47,267 nt of DNA from Rhizaria sp. SCN 62-66 (Eukaryota), in NCBI GenBank assembly GCA_001724265.1, contig MEDY01000230.1, forward strand, positions 1 through 47,267, in the 5' to 3' direction. Below, one piece after another: positions 21,645 to 33,100 of this stretch (position 1 is the first letter of the stretch; the number at the start of each line of letters is the position of its first letter). The translations under genes and the position numbers were made by a program. The notes beneath the pieces were generated by a model, which saw only the letters and a list, made by a program, of their open reading frames with translations, searched no databases and was not told the DNA's origin.

Positions 21645-22727
21645 TTAGTTGAACCCGGCAATGCGACGCATCTCGATACCTTCGGGCGAGTTGTCGAAGT
21701 ACACGCCCCGGCCGTTGTGGTATACCACCGTCTGGCTCAGCCCGCCGTTGCGGTTCAGCGGCGCGCCAGACAGGTGCAGCTCGCCGTCATTCGCGTGCGC
21801 CGGGTGGAGGTTCGCGGCGTTGGCGTCGCTGACCGCGGCCGTGTTGGTGCCCGTGTTGTCGACGGTGTAGTAGTACTCGTTGCCGTCGGCCGCCGCCTCG
21901 CCGTACACCGGCGTGGCCTGGGCGGGGGACGCAGGCGTGATGCCGTAGCCAGTACCGGCGGCTGTGTGATCGTGAGTCGCGGCAGGGGCGGCGGGCGGGG
22001 CACCAGCGCCAGCGTTGTAGCTGTTGTGCTCGTAGTTGTTGTAGCGCTCGTTGCTGGGCGCGCCTGCGTTGGCGTTGGCGTTCGGTGTTCCGCTCGGAGC
22101 GGTGCCAGCAGTGGCCGCTCCCGCGGCGGTGTTGGTATTGTTGGCGGGGTTCACAAGGTCAGGGTTGCGGAATATCACGTCGCCAGTGCTTGTGTCGGCG
22201 ATCGCATTGCCGTCCGCGTCCGTGGTCGGACCAGTGGTGTTGCCGGCGGGGCGCACGAGCGTGGGGTCGGTGTCGTAGGTACGCGTGACCGTGGGTTCCA
22301 GGATGTTGAACTCGGCGCGGGGGCCCAGGCGCGCGAGATCGCGCATCGGCGGGTTGCCGAACAGAATGTCCTCATGCGCTGAGTCATCGAGGGGAACGTT
22401 CTCGCTCGCTGTTAGCCCGCGGTCCGCAGCACTTGGACGGTTCGCGGGATGGCGCCAGCGGAAGCCTGCGTCGGAGAGAAAGTTTAATGATACATGATTA
22501 AACAATGAAGTGTGAGAGCATCGTTTATGGAGATAGTAGAATAACACACAACACACATGATCAAAAGTGTTATTAAGTTCTAGACAACAAAACAACGCGT
22601 GCGTATGACATTGAAGATGGCCCAGACCAGGGGTGGAAGCAACAAGAGCAACGATAGACGAACCTTGGGCACTGGCGACAGCCACGAGGGTCGCAAGGGC
22701 GACAAAGAGAACAACAGCAAACTTCAT
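21645..22727 (-). CDS. Orphan secreted Asn/Ala/Thr-rich protein, about 294 aa, 2 exons (22727-22664, 22465-21645)
   Basis: Signal peptide MKFAVVLFVALATLVAVASA in exon 1. A 198-nt AT-rich phase-1 intron (gttcgt...cgcag) happens to be stop-free. Internal near-repeat DPTLVRPAGNT / NPDLVNPANNT. TAA stop. Confidence 0.75.
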   Translation of the reverse strand: MKFAVVLFVALATLVAVASAQGSSIVALVASTPGLGHLQCHTHALFCCLELNNTFDHVCCVLFYYLHKRCSHTSLFNHVSLNFLSDAGFRWRHPANRPSAADRGLTASENVPLDDSAHEDILFGNPPMRDLARLGPRAEFNILEPTVTRTYDTDPTLVRPAGNTTGPTTDADGNAIADTSTGDVIFRNPDLVNPANNTNTAAGAATAGTAPSGTPNANANAGAPSNERYNNYEHNSYNAGAGAPPAAPAATHDHTAAGTGYGITPASPAQATPVYGEAAADGNEYYYTVDNTGTNTAAVSDANAANLHPAHANDGELHLSGAPLNRNGGLSQTVVYHNGRGVYFDNSPEGIEMRRIAGFN

Positions 22728-23706
22728 GTTTAACTTGAAAACACGACTACGCAGAAACTGCAATGATACAGCTCTTTGTGGTTGTTGCAAGAGACGGTTT
22801 GAAAACAGGCGCGACCATCACCACCCCGCCCCAATTGACAGTGAGCAGGTGGAAGTTTCGGGCGTGCACAGTCACCTCTTAACAATCAAATTCAGCATTT
22901 TAAGCTAAACAATCACAATTCATGACTTGTCTACCGTGAATTTTTCATCTTTATTGTTTTGTGCGAGTTTAACATGTTATTGGCTTAGTTTCGGTGAATG
23001 ATCTTATTCGAGTCGATACTATCAATGACCAAGCGTCAATATCAAAACAACAGGCTTGAAATTTTAGATAACTGTCAAAAATGCTGAAAAGTAGAATGAC
23101 GCTTTGCTAGTTGTATGCTTAACTCAGCTTATTAGCGAAATATCGTCATAAACCCAACGTTTTGTTCGAGACCACGCGCCCTCCAACATCCAGATTCTGA
23201 AGAGATACCAATGGCTTTAAGTACATTTCTGGTATGGTGGGATGTAAAATCCCTGCTATACCAATATATTACACTTACACTTTATATTATAACGGGTGTC
23301 ACTTAGTAGCGTTGTTTTAGTGATGCCAGGCGACCATAAATGCATTTTCTTTTTCGGAACCGACGAGTGTTATGGTGACGTTGCCCGCTTCCTGTTTCGT
23401 CGAATATCTCACGTCACACTCGTCAGTTATCTTCACAAGATAACTAAACTATTTTCCCGCCTATAAATCATTACTGATTCTTTTTGCATTGTCATTCAAG
23501 GCTATTGGCTTCCTCTGTCAGCAATGATTCTTCCTCCCTCTACACCCTTCCAGCGCACTCCCTTCAAATTTCTTCTGTTTCTCATCGCCACAACGAGTAT
23601 TGATCTTGATCTCACCATATAATGTGATTCATTTCATATAAACACTACAAATACTGCCTCTGCCCCCTTGACACTTTTCCACTGTCCCCATATCCCGCAG
23701 AAAGGC

Positions 23707-26700
23707 ATGTCAGCTCCTGGCCTGCTAGGCGCCGCCGCAGTTCCCTCTGCCGCCTCCGCCGCCGCCGCCGCGCCCTTGGCTGCCCGCCGCGCGCGCCCGC
23801 CGCCCTCCCAAGCCGCACACGCCTCTTCTTCCAGCTCGACGGGCGTTGATGCGACCGGGAACGAGGGCCGCGTCACGCGCATGAAGTGGCTGTACAACAC
23901 CATCACGGCCTACGGCACAGAGTACGAGTTCTCCGACGCTGCGCGCCAGTGGATCAAGGAGCGCGTTGCCACGGCCGACGTGTCCTCGCGCCGCGACCGC
24001 CGCTTCAGCACCTGGTGGGAGGACTCAAGCAGCAAGACCCCGTCCGGCGGCGGCAGCGGCGGCGCTGGCCTCAAGAGCGCAGTGCTGCCTGTGCTGGCGC
24101 CCTCTGCGGCCGCGCAGACGCTCGCCGTCATCTCCGCGGGCAACGCGCACAAGCTCAGCCTCACGGACGTGCTTTCCTCTGCGTCGCTGCTCTCGGACGT
24201 TAAGGACTGCCTGGAGGATGTGCTGGGCTCCCACAACCTCGAGTTCCTGGAAGCGGTCCAGTGCTGGCTTGATGACATGGAGGACCTGCCGGCTGACGCC
24301 CCGCGCGCCGCGCGCGACACGCTGCTCTTCGACGGCGCCGTGTCGATCTACTCGCAGTATCTGGACCGCGCGACGGCGCGCGACAACCTTATCAACGTGC
24401 CCGACGACGTGCTGACGCTGTTCCAGGCGCAGTTCGCGCTCGTCAACAAGACGGGCCGCGGCAAGTGCGGGCCCTCGCTGCTGAACCCGGCCATCTTCGA
24501 CCCCGCCGTGGCGGCCGTGCGGCGCTACGTCGAGGACAACCTCTGGCCCGATTTCGTCGCCAGCGACGACTATACCGTGATGTGCATCTCGGCCGCCGAT
24601 ACCGCCGCGCGCGCCGCCGCCGCCGGCAACGGCAACGCCAACAGCGCCGCCGCGCGCGCCGCCGCGGCCGCCGCCAGCAAGCCGCTGCCGGCGTCGCGCT
24701 GCGACTACAACGACACGGTGCCGAAGCTGCCCTATCCGGCGCTACTCTCTGCGCCGCTGCCCAGTTGGGACCACGCGATGGCGCCGTTCAACAGCATCAC
24801 GGTCACGGTCAGCAGTGGCCGCGGGCCGATGGCGAGCATGAAAGGCAACAACCAGCTCTACGTGCTCGTCACCGCGGGTTCCTGCGTGCTTCGCGGTGCC
24901 CAGGTGCCGTGCATGTGGGGGGAGACTTTCTCGCTGCCGGTCGCCGCGACGCTTCAGTGCGTGACCGTCGCCGTCTGCCTCGGCACCAAGCTCGTCGGGT
25001 TCATCCCCATCAACATGAGCGAGGTCGCCGCCGCCGCCGCCGCCACCGCCGCGGGCACTGCCATTAACAACGGCGCGGCGCTTCCCGTGACGAGCTACGA
25101 AAGCGAGTCCCGCTGGTATGCGCTGCGCGACGATGCCTCCGCTAACAGCAGCTCGAGCAGCGGCAGCGGGTCCTTCACCAGCGCTGCTGGGTCCGCGTTG
25201 GACACGGCCGCGGGCACGTGTCCCGGGCCCGGCATCGACCGCACGGCGCCGCCGTCGGGCCGCAACGAGGTGTTGATGCACTGGTCGCTGTCGCAGGTGG
25301 AGCCGGTGCCGGTGGTCATGCAGCCCGACAACGTCAAGGCCATCTACGTCGAGGAGTCAGCCACCGGCGGGCTCGGCGACTTCATCCGCAACAAGGGTAC
25401 GCTGACTTTTATTAGTTGTACTTTTCTTATTATTTACCGCCTTACTCTTTATTTTTCAATGCGATTCTTTTCTTTTTGTTTCTAAAAGCTCACACCTGTG
25501 CTGTCAAATCTTTACTTGTTGCTGTTTCTCGCTGTGCTTGTGTGCGTGCGATACAACAGTGTCCAAGAAGAAGAAGCGCTTCACTGATGACAACTTCAAC
25601 CTGGACCTGACGTACATCACGCCCCAGGTCATCGCCATGGGCTTTCCCTCCGAGGGCGCCGAGGGCGTCTACCGCAACCCCCTCAAGCAGGTTCAGCAGG
25701 TCCGTTGCAATGCTTCTCAAACCCACTCACTCATTGCAGTCTACGCAGTGCTTAACAAATGAGCTACGATCTAAAACGAAGCTCTTAGTTAAATTTGTTT
25801 GCTATATATGTAATATTTTTCATGACTTTCTTTTTACTTCGCTCACCTCTTTATTCCATATTTCTCGTTTTTGCTCCGCACTTACATACAGTTCTTCAAG
25901 TCGCGCCACCCGAACGCGTACCGCATCTACAACCTCTGCTCGGAGCGCGCCTACGACCCGAGCAAGTTCGAGGACCGCGTGCGGCGCTTCCCATTCGACG
26001 ACCACAACCCGCCCCCGTTCACGATGATCAAGGAATTCTGCGAGGACGCGCGCGCCTTCCTGGCCGAGCACCCACAGAACGCCATCTCGGTCCACTGCAA
26101 GGCGGGCAAGGGCCGCACGGGCACCATGATCGCGTGCCTCTTTGTCTACCTCGGGCTCTCATCGGCGCACGACGCGCTGATGACGTTCGGGCGGCAGCGC
26201 ACCAGCAACAGCAAGGGCGTGACGATCCCGTCGCAGATTCGCTACGTGCACTACTTCGACAACTACTGCGCACTGCGCCGCGCGGCCAAGGCGGCTCCCG
26301 GCAAGACGACGCTGTTCTTGCAGCGCGTGCTGATCCGCAACATCGGCCGCACGCACGCTAACAGCGAAGTTTTCTTCACGATCCTGGAGCCGAACCATAG
26401 CAACGACGACGTGGGCGACTCGAGCAAGGTGAAGCTGTATTCGTCGCGCAAGCTCGTCGATCCCGTCTACTACGTCAACACCGACTCGCTCTGCTGGGAG
26501 CTGTCGAAGAAGCTTGTTGACCTCAACGAGGACTTCCGCGTCGAGTTCGCCGCCAAGACCGGCTTCGGTCGCGAGAAGATGTTCCAATGCTGGCTCAACA
26601 CACGCTTCATGAAGCTCGAGCTCACCTCAGGTGGGGAGCCGCGCATGGTGGTGCCCAAGCGCGAGCTCGACAAGGCCTGCAAGGACATCCGCAACAAGCG

Positions 26701-26968
26701 CTACCCGCCCAACATGTACCTCGAGCTCGTTTTCGGCAACACCGCCACGGCCACCAAGATCAAGGCCGCAGAGCTTACTGTCACGCCCACCAACGCCGCC
26801 GCCGCCGGCCGCGCCGCCAACGCCGCTGCTGGCGCTGGCGCTGCAGGGCTGGCTGTGGCTGTGGACGGCGCCGAGAGTGCGGCGGCCGCGGCTGCCGTGT
26901 CTGGGCTGGCGTCCCCCTCAGCGGGCACCACGGGCGTCACCACCGAGGTCGCCGAGGAGCCCATTTAA
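23707..26968 (+). CDS. PTEN: RGS domain - C2-like domain - PTEN (phosphatase + C2) fusion, 3 exons (23707-25396, 25560-25699, 25892-26968)
   Basis: PTEN signatures VSKKKKRF...LDLTYI...IAMGFP...[27 protein letters not shown] and [15 protein letters not shown] motifs [22 protein letters not shown] and WPDFVAS. Introns are phase-compatible. TAA stop. Confidence 0.9.
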
Positions 26969-27556
26969 GGGGGTACTAAGCGGAATTAGTCCCTGCCATG
27001 TGCTGTCGTGTGTAAGATGAGTGCTTAGGAGTAGTACCTCTGAGGTGCGTGTTCGTAAGGACTTGAGGTTGATGTGGTTAATGTTGTGATGTATGTGATG
27101 GTTACTTTCTCTATTTTTCATCATTTGAGTCGGAGAGAAAACCGTCGTTGAAATCGTCGTTGTTTCTTTGTTCATGTTCGTCTTGTTTTTCGTTTATGTG
27201 TCATTCTTCTCTTTTGCGAGTTCATGTTGTTCTTCCGTTTCCTATCGGCTGTATTAATACAAGATTCAATTAGAACTATTCAAGCAAGCAAGATTCATGA
27301 AGAACTTAGAGTTAGTCTTGCGCAGTAGTGCGCGAGTCGTCATTGATATGTTAGGAGAAGGATCACACGTCATGGCAAGATTTGTCACGTGCTTGGGAGG
27401 TGTAAAGAAGACAAAGAAAGAGCGATTGTTTCCACATGTTCGGACTAAAGAATAAAAAAGGGGTATATTCAGGGTATATACCCCTTTTTAATACTATGTA
27501 CCAATTTGCACATCGGAGTCGGATGTTGGATGTTGTCGACTTGACTTGCTGCAAAC

Positions 27557-29396
27557 TTAATCCGCGAAGAGCTCGTCGACAAACGTGGCGATTTTGAGCT
27601 TGATATCACGCAGCTCGGCCGAGTCCGACGCGGCAGGCCTGCGGAAGGCGTGCCCACGCAGGGTCTTGGACTGTACCACAATGTTGGCGGGCTGCGGGAC
27701 TGGATAAATGTCAGCAAGGTGAGCAAGCGCGTCGACAGTTGAGTGCACGAAAAACACTTTGCTACCAGCATACGGCTTGTTCATATTGAGGTTGCGCTCA
27801 ATACGGTCAGCGGCAGCGGTTGCGGTGGCGATATTGAACTTGGGGCCGAGGTAGAGGCGGCACAGGTCATCGTACAGAGTCTTCGTGATGACGTCGGGGG
27901 CGTAGATCGAGGTGACGCCGTCGGTGGTAGGGATCGCAAGGCCGCCAGAACATGAGTACGAAAGCTCGGTGCCCTAAAGTTAAGATCAAAAAGAAAGAAA
28001 CACACAGTAAAAGAATTGTTAATCCATCGTTTGGCGATAATTCACGGTTTTCGGGGCGTCATCAGTGATTTTCAACGTTTCTGCAAAACACACATCTCTC
28101 ACTCTCTCACCAAGAACTCACACTCTAGCTTTGATTGTCGTCATAATTTAGTGATGTTTGTTCCAAGAACTGGGGGTTAAATAGAGACGAACCTGGAACA
28201 TTTCGAGCGCGGGACCAGTGGTAAGAGCCGAGTTGATGTCTACATCAATGCAGTTCCCCGGGTAGCTGCGCATCGCCTTGTGGACATTGGCGAAATCAGT
28301 CAAGTAGTTCTTCATCGTCATGTACTCGCAAATAGTGTCCACACTGCGAAGGACTGCCGGAGTCATCGAGTGCGGGGAGTTCATGAAGCGTGCGAGCGGG
28401 TACGACATCTGATACCAGAAGAACGCGCGTTCACGGGCAGACATGTTGACCGGGGGCGGAGCGCAGAGGTTGAAGTTCTTCTTGATGTAGTCGCCGAATT
28501 GGCCCGTAGTGTCGTTACGCAAGCCAGAGTCGATGTCCTAATATGCGACAAAGATGGAGAAAACATCCAATAACAGTTGCACATGAGGATGTGAAGTTAG
28601 AACGTTAGTTACGGAACTTACTCGCGTTGATGGTTTGAGGTTAGAGTTGTTCGATAGGGACATGCAAATAATTGAAGGAACATCATCAGCCCAAACACAC
28701 TGTTGTGTGCTTCACCAACCCGTACAGAGGAACATTGTCGTGCTGTGCATAATATATTAATAGATAACTTACCCTCACAGCCAATGTAATTGCGGAGGTG
28801 CAATCGTCGGGGACGCCCGTAGGAAACGCGTAAATCAGCGATGTGGTAGCCTTCTTCATGTGTGGCGTGTCGACAAACGCGCCACGGACATTCGGATTGA
28901 GATGACCAAACAGTGCGCGGTAGTGGGCCGCCACAGCGCCGCCGCGACCGGTGCCGACGAGAATGATCTTCGGGATCTGTTTGATGATGTTGTTCTCGGT
29001 GAGCAGCACGTGGAGATCATTGACCATGTGTTCCATGTGCACCGTGTCGCGCAGCCCAAATGGTGGGGCCTCGGTGGAGGCTTGATCAAAACGCAACGGG
29101 ATAAAGAAGTACGACACGTTGAAACGTTCTTCGTACGTGGCAAAGATCGACCTTGAGGCAGTCCAAGTGAAGTCGAACGTCAGGAAGTCGGCGTCGCTAA
29201 TGAACACGAAAGCCGTGTCCGTGGGCTTGCTAGTTGAGGTGTGAAACTCGTGCTGAAACGTCCCCCGCGATGTGTCGCTGTACGAATACGGCAGCGTATG
29301 TATCATCTTTGCCGTATGAATAAAGGCAGCGCAAGTGTCGACGAGGCAAGAGAGGACTACGCACACCAGAACGGAGTAAATGCGCGAATTCATCAT
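27557..29396 (-). CDS. Secreted serine carboxypeptidase S28-like alpha/beta-hydrolase, 3 exons (29396-28773, 28537-28193, 27973-27557)
   Basis: Signal peptide. F-Q-H-EF, EHMVNDL, ILVGTGRGGAVAAHYR, SKVFFVHSTVD and SDSAELRDIKLKI follow the S28 (PRCP/DPP7-like) motif order. Two phase-0 GT-AG introns. TAA stop. Confidence 0.65.
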
Positions 29397-30152
29397 TCCC
29401 GGCCGTTTGCGGAAGTATACACGCGTTTTAGACAATGTAATCGGATGTGAAAAACAAATGCCGACTCGATACCTTGCGTGGGTAGACTAACGTGTTTGAA
29501 ATACAGCGTTGTGACTCTTCGAAATGTCAAGAACAGCAAGTTCGCAAATCGCGATAGAAGTAGGAGAGAACATGTTAACATGGAGTACGTATATGAATAA
29601 ATACTCTATTTGCAGCGGAGTGCACGTTTATCTCCGCCATGACGCATTACACAATGGATATAAGGCACCTGAGTTGCTTACCAAAACCGAGTCGTCCCAG
29701 TTGAGTTTGCATTTCTCACAGTCAACAAGAAGAAAAAACAGTTTGTATTACTGCCATCCCAGACCCAGCCACTCGCACTCTGTATCACGGTTCCTAGTAA
29801 GACACATTATGATCGTCAAAGCGAATTTTGTACCTGCCCCATGTTTTTCTGCGCGTTACCACATATCTTTGTTCAATTATACTTCTGGAAATACCAAATT
29901 ACCCTATGGATTGCTGAACAGACTCTGGTTGGTTCACTCTGCCCGTGGTTCATCGCACAACAACAAAATCGAAGCTGGACTTACAAATTCATTTTTGCCA
30001 ATTGTTCTATGCAACGTTTCAAATTATTCATAGGTTGCTGGTACAACAACAGCTCACTTGGGTCGCCGTTGAAACACAGACCCAATCTTAATACTTTGAG
30101 ACGTGCTCGCGGCTACTTGGACTCCGTTCTCTCCGAGTTCTGAGGTATCGCA

Positions 30153-33100
30153 ATGAAGACCTTTTCTCCCCCCGTTAAGGGTGTTGCTTCTCCCTCTTCT
30201 CTTAATGCCACTGCAGCGGCCTCAATTCAATCTGACCGCTCGGGGTCGAGCAAACGCTCCAAGCTCGCCCGTCTGTCCCAAGTCCCCATCAACGAGCGCG
30301 TCTTTGGGCTCGGGCTCACCTACACCGGCGACGGCGACCCAGCGACGGGGATCCGCCACGGCCGCGGCGTCCTGACGCGTGCCGACGGCACGGTGCAGTA
30401 CGACGGCCCCTGGCGCGACGACAAACGCCACGGCCGCGGCATCACGCGCTTTAGCGACGGCAGCTGGTTCGAGTGCGAGTGGACCGACGACGTGCCAGCG
30501 GCACAGGGCGTATTGCAGACGCAGACGAATGTCCAGTTTACCGGCGACTGGGAGCTCGTGAACGGGGAGCCGCTGGCGCGCATGCTCGCGACCTCGCTCA
30601 GTCCCGCGCTGCAGCCGAGCGCGCGCGGCCGCGGCAGGGTGCGGTACGCCGACGGCGCGATCTACAACGGCGAGTGGCGGCACGGCCTGCGCAACGGTTC
30701 GGGCGACTACCTGGAGCTGGTGGCGCAGCGCGCAACTTACGGGCACTGGGTTGACGGCAGGCTGGACACGACGCGGTGGTTCACACGCGCCACAGCGTGT
30801 GGGCTGGTGACAATGCCCGACGCGTTTGCGATGCGTGGCGAGGCGCCGCGCACTGGCGACGAGTACGTGCAGAGCAAAGCGACGGATATTGACTCTGATG
30901 AGGTATTGCAGGGAATTCGGTTGCAATATGACATTGGTCAGATGACGCATCGTTTATTGTCGTACATTCTTGTCCTTTGTCAGTCTCTAAATCCGTACTC
31001 TACGAGTTCGCTGACAGCCGCGTTTGCCGCGGCGATCCTGTGGCACAGCCGCACCACACACAGCCTCGAACTGCTCAAGCGGTCCTGCGACGTCGGCGAC
31101 GAGGACTGCAAGGACGCATCGCGGCTTTCGTGCCCCTGCATCAACCTCGCGTGTCCCCACCAACGGATCGTGCGTTCTGTGTACACGGGCCAGCTTGACC
31201 GCGCTGGGCTGTTCCCGCGCGGCCGCGGCGTGTTCGAGTCGCGCTGGGGCGGCATGACGCTGTGCGGCGACGGGTGGGACGATCTCGACGTCAAGTCAGG
31301 CCGCGCGACGTACGCGGCAACGGGCGCCACCTTCACCGGGAGCTGGCGAGCCGGTAAGTGGGATAGTGGTGAGCTGCAGCGCAATGACGGGCCTTCGGTC
31401 GCGAACAAGGTATGGGACCTGGATGACCTTATCAGATTGAGCTTCACGCGTATAAATGCAGCCATGAGCTCACATGGACGCGGTAAGCTGACTCTTTATG
31501 ACGGCAGTGTTGTCGATGGAACTTGGGCGGACGGTAAGCTGCTCGATGGCTTCACTATAAAATCCCCGTTTGGTTTTATCCAAACCAAGTCTTCCACGAC
31601 AATGTTGTCGGCCCTTATGGGCTCTTTTTCAAAGCTTACGAAGGTGTCAAAGCCAAAGCTTCAGAGGGACGATTTTTATAGCTGTGTTACTGCTGGTGCC
31701 ACATCATGGCTTGACAGCTACACTTGCTCTGGTCCCAGGCCTCGCAGGGTTTGCCACAAGATGACGTTTCGAGGCGAATGTGCTGTTTCGAGCTCTGGCA
31801 ATGGATTATCCTCTATAGAGGCCCTTTCGGAAACCCACGAAAGCTCCTCTGCTTCCACGATCACGCTTGATGCGTCCGCGCTCACCCGTGACTGGCGGCT
31901 GAGTGTGGACGCTATGCGCGGGAGCGATGGCCCCAACACCAACATGTCAACCAAAACGATTCAGTACAGCGAGACGACGAAGCGGTGGGAGTCGATCTAT
32001 TCGGCGTACGAAGAGTTCGCCACGAAGTCTGCGGCTGCGCGCACTGTTGCGCGGACTCGGTCGTCATCGTCGACGTTCAAATGTACCTTTGTGGAGAAAC
32101 TCAACGCACCAAACAAACACATCAAACCGACGCCTGTCATTTCCATGCGCCCGAGTCTAGAACTCAGTGTTGTTGGTTGTTTTCCGATCCTCAGCTCGAC
32201 CCTTCGCCCTGAGCAGGCCATGACGCTGGTTATGAAGAACGGCAATCTCATTACCGGCGTGCTGTTTGATGTACAGCCGCGGCGAATGACACTGTTGCCG
32301 CATCCGGAGCAGCTGAGGATGCAGCTCGCCCACGGCCCCGTGTTCGTGGCTGACCCTCCCAGCGCGGCCGCCCGTGCAGCGTACCCGCGCGGCACGGCGC
32401 CGCTGCTTGGCAAGATGCTGTTTCCCGACGGCAGCAGCGAGACGCGCCGGTACGAGTGTTCATCTCCGGGCAGCACCGCACCGCCACTCTCCGACGAGTT
32501 TGTCACGCGCCACGGCTGGCGGCTGACTATCAGGCGCGAGCCTCAGTACCGCAGCGCAAATTGCCGCTGTACACCGTTTGCCCATTAGAAGAAGTTCAAC
32601 ATGTGCCAGCTGCTTGAGGCTGTCACGCCCAACGGCACTAAGTTCGATGGCTCTTTCCGCGCCATTTCACCGTGGATGCACACTGCGCCGACCGAGCTTG
32701 TGGGCCTCTTCACGCTGCCCAACGGCGTTACGATGCAGTTCGAGAGCGTGCACATCGACAAAAAGGCGCCGTTCGAGGGCGTCCAGTGCGTTGTGACCGT
32801 GCCGGGCCGCTCAGAGGCGCTCCGCGGGTGCTGGCGCGGCGACACATTCGTGGGCGCGGGCGCAGCGGGGGCAAAGAGCGTGCTACTATCGACCGACGAC
32901 GGACAGTACGAGGGAGAACGCAACGATGCCGGCGAGCGCCACGGCCAAGGCAAGTGTGTATACGTGACCGGTGCAGTGTACGAGGGCCAGTGGGAGCACG
33001 GGGTGCGCTGCGGCCAAGGAAAGTACACGAACTTCGTTGGTGATGCGACGTATACAGGCGCATTCAAGGACGACTGTGTTCACGGCCATGCCGTGCTGAC

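Noticed and set aside
22466..22663. Continuous 381-aa ORF 21645-22790 as an unspliced gene
   Set aside because: This segment is AT-rich, bounded by gttcgt and cgcag, and 198 nt long, so it is better read as a stop-free intron.
29524..30143. AT-rich ORFs in intergenic spacers (also 1167-1771, 2595-2992, 6246-6937, 46395-46848)
   Set aside because: Composition matches UTR/intergenic DNA and the translations are featureless.
32560..32588. The in-frame TAGs as splice acceptors (e.g. cccattag) of tiny introns
   Set aside because: No AT-rich or pyrimidine-rich intron body or GTNCGT-type donor upstream, and flanking sequence is coding-like on both sides. Not formally excluded without cDNA.
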